This document shows positions 17,161 through 20,000 of a stretch of DNA of 20,000 nt, piece by piece. Below the pieces are notes generated by a model, which saw nothing but the letters and a program-made list of their open reading frames with translations, made no database searches and was not told where the DNA came from. Origin of the DNA: an uncultured virus (IMG/VR IMGVR_UViG_2850943043_000004) (Duplodnaviria > Heunggongvirae > Uroviricota > Caudoviricetes); the IMG/VR virus record IMGVR_UViG_2850943043_000004, positions 108,698-128,697 of that record. One strand, given 5' to 3'. The position numbers and the translations under genes are program-made. Every line of letters starts with the position of its first letter. Position 1 is the first letter of the stretch.

Positions 17161-17379
17161 TTATGAATTTAAAAGTCCAACTAATAAGCCAAAGAGACTT
17201 AACACTATTGAAATGCAAAGAAAAGCCCATATCAAAGCTGTTAAGGGATTGTTAAGTCCAATCCTTTCTTTCCATCCTATTTTAGTGGATTCAGCAGTTT
17301 TATTCTTTGCTAATTGAATGTATAAAACAACATTAAGACAAAGTGAAATAACGAGCGCCGGAATTAAATAAAGGTTCAT
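17161..17379 (-). CDS. Antisense two-TM membrane protein, 72 aa
   Basis: RBS AAGGTGG, ATG 17379, MNLYLIPALVISLCLNVVLYIQL...ALIWAFLCISIVLSLFGLLVGLLNS*. Confidence 0.7.
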   Translation of the reverse strand: MNLYLIPALVISLCLNVVLYIQLAKNKTAESTKIGWKERIGLNNPLTALIWAFLCISIVLSLFGLLVGLLNS

Positions 17380-17470
17380 TTTGACCACCTTTCCAACATT
17401 TAAGACTAATACAAGAGCAATATTAACACAACCATATTTTACCTTCAATATAGATTAGGAGAGTGATTGA

Positions 17471-18070
17471 TTGGGAGCAAACAATCAAGGGAAAGTTTTT
17501 GAAGCGAACATTGAAAAATCAGCAGCAGATCAGAAGCTGTTCTTTTACCGGATTAAAGATGTTAATCCAATGTTCTTGAAAAGAGGGGCAGCAGTATCAA
17601 AAAACAAATATGACTGTTTCTTGCATTTTAACGGATACTTGTTCCCCTTTGAGCTTAAGTCGACAAAGAACAAGTCCATTTCCTTCAGTGAGAAGATCAT
17701 AAAAGGGCAGCAGATTAAACATTTAAAAGAGGCAGCACAATACCCAAATATAATTCCTGGTTTCCTGTTTCAATTTAGAGAGCCAGAGAACAAGGTTTAT
17801 TTCGTACATATTGATGATTTCCTTACATATAAGAACATAGCAGAAAAACAGTTGGAACATACATATAAGAATAAAGTTAACAAGTCCAGTATCCCGATAG
17901 CAATTTGTGAAGAGATCGGTACAGAAGTGCGCTGGATGAAAAAGAAAGTGAATTATACATATTATCTAAACAAACTTTGCGATGAATTGATAAAGAAATC
18001 CAAGTTATTGGACAACCCACTTAATTCATACATTGATGACAAGTCATCTATGGGAGTGGTGCATCAATGA
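17471..18070 (+). CDS. RecU-like Holliday junction resolvase (YotM-like)
   Basis: GKVFE, YDC, FELKST, QIKHL, GFL PD-(D/E)xK motifs of the RecU family. Confidence 0.85.
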   Translation: MGANNQGKVFEANIEKSAADQKLFFYRIKDVNPMFLKRGAAVSKNKYDCFLHFNGYLFPFELKSTKNKSISFSEKIIKGQQIKHLKEAAQYPNIIPGFLFQFREPENKVYFVHIDDFLTYKNIAEKQLEHTYKNKVNKSSIPIAICEEIGTEVRWMKKKVNYTYYLNKLCDELIKKSKLLDNPLNSYIDDKSSMGVVHQ

Positions 18071-18270
18071 GCAAAAGAAGAGAATGCGCAGAAAACTATA
18101 AGGTAACCACAGTTATTAATCAGGATGTAGAAAATTGGGTAGAAGAGGTGATATCAACTAAAGAATTTTATGATTTTGCAGCTACATTAATGTACAAGTA
18201 TAAAAAGCATAAGGTAAAACAAGTATACCTGTTTTTCCCATGGTATACTTGTGCTTATATACAGACATAA
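18067..18270 (+). CDS. Probable recombination directionality factor (SprB-like); true stop may be ~18212
   Basis: Small ORF between the RecU-like gene and the integrase. ENYKV..INQD..EFYDFAATLM is weakly reminiscent of SPbeta SprB. One extra A at ~18205 would end it YKKA*. Confidence 0.45.
   Translation: MSKRRECAENYKVTTVINQDVENWVEEVISTKEFYDFAATLMYKYKKHKVKQVYLFFPWYTCAYIQT
18219..18252. promoter_or_regulatory. 11-bp inverted repeat overlapping an extended -10 upstream of the integrase
   Basis: ACAAGTATACC (18219-18229), 12 nt, GGTATACTTGT (18242-18252). TGgTATACT at 18241-18249. Confidence 0.55.
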
Positions 18271-18300
18271 AAGATAAAGCAATATGGAGGTTATGATCTA

Positions 18301-20000
18301 TTGCTTATATTAAAGGGAGATCAAAAGCTAAGTACGGACAATATAATGCATTTGATTGGTAAAATTAATGCATTGATTTATGCCAGAGTATCAACAACAG
18401 ATCAAGCTAATAAGGGTTTTTCAATTGAGTCACAAATAGAAAGGTGTAAAGAAAGAGCAATCTCTAAATTTGGATACAAGGAAAGCGAAATAATTGCGTT
18501 AGTTGAACCGGGGGGCATGGGAGATGATCCAAACCGGCCAGCTCTTAATCACGCCTTATATTTATTAGAAAAAGGACTAGGAAAAAAATTCATAGTATTA
18601 CACCCAGATCGTCTAACTAGAGATAACACCTTACAGGGTGTGGTATCAAGAAGAATATGGGGTATGGGTGTTGATATCGAGTTTATTGAATTTGAAGTAA
18701 ATCCTCATGATCCTGAATCAATGCTGATGTACAACATTCAAGGTTCAATTGCACAGTACAATAAGGCGAAAATTCATGCTAACTCAAAGCGAGGAAGATT
18801 GGCTAAAGCGAAGAAAGGTGAATTTCCTTCATTTAAAAGGTTGTATGGGTACAAATTTAATACAGTGACAGATCTTCCTGAGTATAACGAAGAAGAAAAA
18901 GAAATTTTGCTTGAAATGAAGGATATGCTCTTAAACAAAAAATGTCCTCGAATGAAATTGCTAAAGAACTTTCAAGAAGGGGAGTTGCTGCTCCTAACGG
19001 AAAGACTTGGTATCAGGCAACTGTAAGTAGAATGTTGCAGAATGAAGATTACACAGGTGATTTTTATTATGGAAAGTCAAAAGTTGTTCAAATTAACGGT
19101 AAGAAGAAACAGGTGCCGACAAACAAAGACGAATGGATATTGATAAAGATTCCTCCAATGTGGGATAAAGCTACACGAGAGCAAATCATTGAGCGATTGA
19201 AGAGCAACTTTAAGGGAAGAAGTCGAGCTACTAAAGACTATTTGCTGAAAAACAAGGCGAAATGCGGCCGTTGTGGAGGGGCATGTGGCTCAGGAATAAC
19301 TTCTAAAACTAAATCAGGCGTATATAAGTATTATTCTTGTAGAGCAAAGACTGCAAAAGGATATCAAAATGGCAAGAAAGTTGTTTCATGTGAAGGTAAG
19401 AACTGGAGAGTCGATATCGTTGATGAAGTTTTTTGGAACTGGTTTATAAAACTCATGAAGAATCCAGAGAAATTTCTAGAATCATTTTTAGAGGAAGCGT
19501 CTGATCAAAAGAAAATCGATGAACTCAAAGCAAAAGCAAGTCGACTAGAAAAACAACTCGGTGAGATAGATGAAGAAATAGCAAATTATGTAATTCTTTT
19601 TGGGAAAGGGAAAATTAAAGAAAGTATGTTCGACCAACTGTCTCAGCCATTGGAACAGAACAAAGAGCATATTGAGAATGAGATTAAAATAATTAATTCA
19701 CAATTGGCTGCAAATAAACAAACTGAAGACAAAAAACAAAAAATGATCGAGTATATTGGCTCGTTCTCTAAAATGATTAAAAATGAAATTACAATAGAAG
19801 AAAAACGGCAATTCCTTGATTTCTTCATTGAAAAAGTAACTCTGTTTGATGATGATCACATGGAAGTTGTATGGAAAAGTTCTTCACTTAATAATGAAAA
19901 CAGCCATGTGGATTTTCTTAACGGCGAGCAGGGAGGGGAGTTTATAAACTCGCATAAAAGACTAAACCATATTCAAGCATATGGAAGACAAACAGCATGA
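18301..20000 (+). CDS. Large serine recombinase (phage integrase), ~566 aa, frameshift at ~18940
   Basis: IYARVST catalytic motif, DRLTR, YGY, recombinase domain W....V..ML.NEDYTG, Zn ribbon CGRCG...YYSC..C and coiled coil. One extra A in the 18937-18942 run fuses the two track ORFs. Confidence 0.93.

Larger units (their letters stand above)
1..20000 (+). mobile_element. Segment of an SPbeta/phi3T-like Bacillus prophage (nucleotide metabolism region through integration module)
   Basis: Gene order yosL-like, nrdI, nrdE, nrdF, thioredoxin, dUTPase, thyA, sspC (antisense), yotB-like, yotC-like, RecU-like, serine recombinase matches the remembered SPbeta-family layout. AT-rich, densely packed small ORFs with Bacillus-type RBS. 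Confidence 0.93.

Noticed and set aside
18930..18945. Programmed ribosomal frameshift in the integrase at the A6 run
   Set aside because: The same kind of homopolymer deletion occurs throughout the window, so an artefact is simpler.
358..19828. Shadow ORFs in the track (e.g. 358-597, 515-742, 1716-2051, 9063-9311, 11217-11474, 13045-13263, 13585-13800, 14255-14596, 19643-19828)
   Set aside because: They overlap better-supported genes and have no recognisable motifs.

Overview
The whole window is the late 'yos-yot' end of an SPbeta/phi3T-like Bacillus (subtilis group) temperate phage or prophage, mostly on the + strand. It holds small accessory ORFs and a PAPS-reductase-family plus nucleoside 2-deoxyribosyltransferase-family pair. 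Next come a MazE-like antitoxin mimic (yosL-like) and a nucleotide-metabolism block: nrdI, nrdE (split by a 280-nt group I intron right after the active-site Cys codon), nrdF, thioredoxin, dUTPase, thyA and dfrA. Downstream are sspC, a metallophosphoesterase, a RecU-like resolvase, a probable recombination directionality factor and a large serine integrase ending at the window edge. About a dozen genes or gene segments are broken by 1-2 nt deletions in homopolymers or short repeats, most likely sequencing error. The most striking unexplained feature is a palindromic motif, ATRAAA-N6-TTTTAW (arms up to ~10-11 bp), seen at least 10 times at gene junctions and dividing the region into modules. 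Also notable are an unannotated antisense secreted-protein gene between nrdE and nrdF, a sigmaW-type promoter driving a small Zn-ribbon gene, and a pair of divergent tandem paralogues. Gene names come from recalled similarity; no database search was run.
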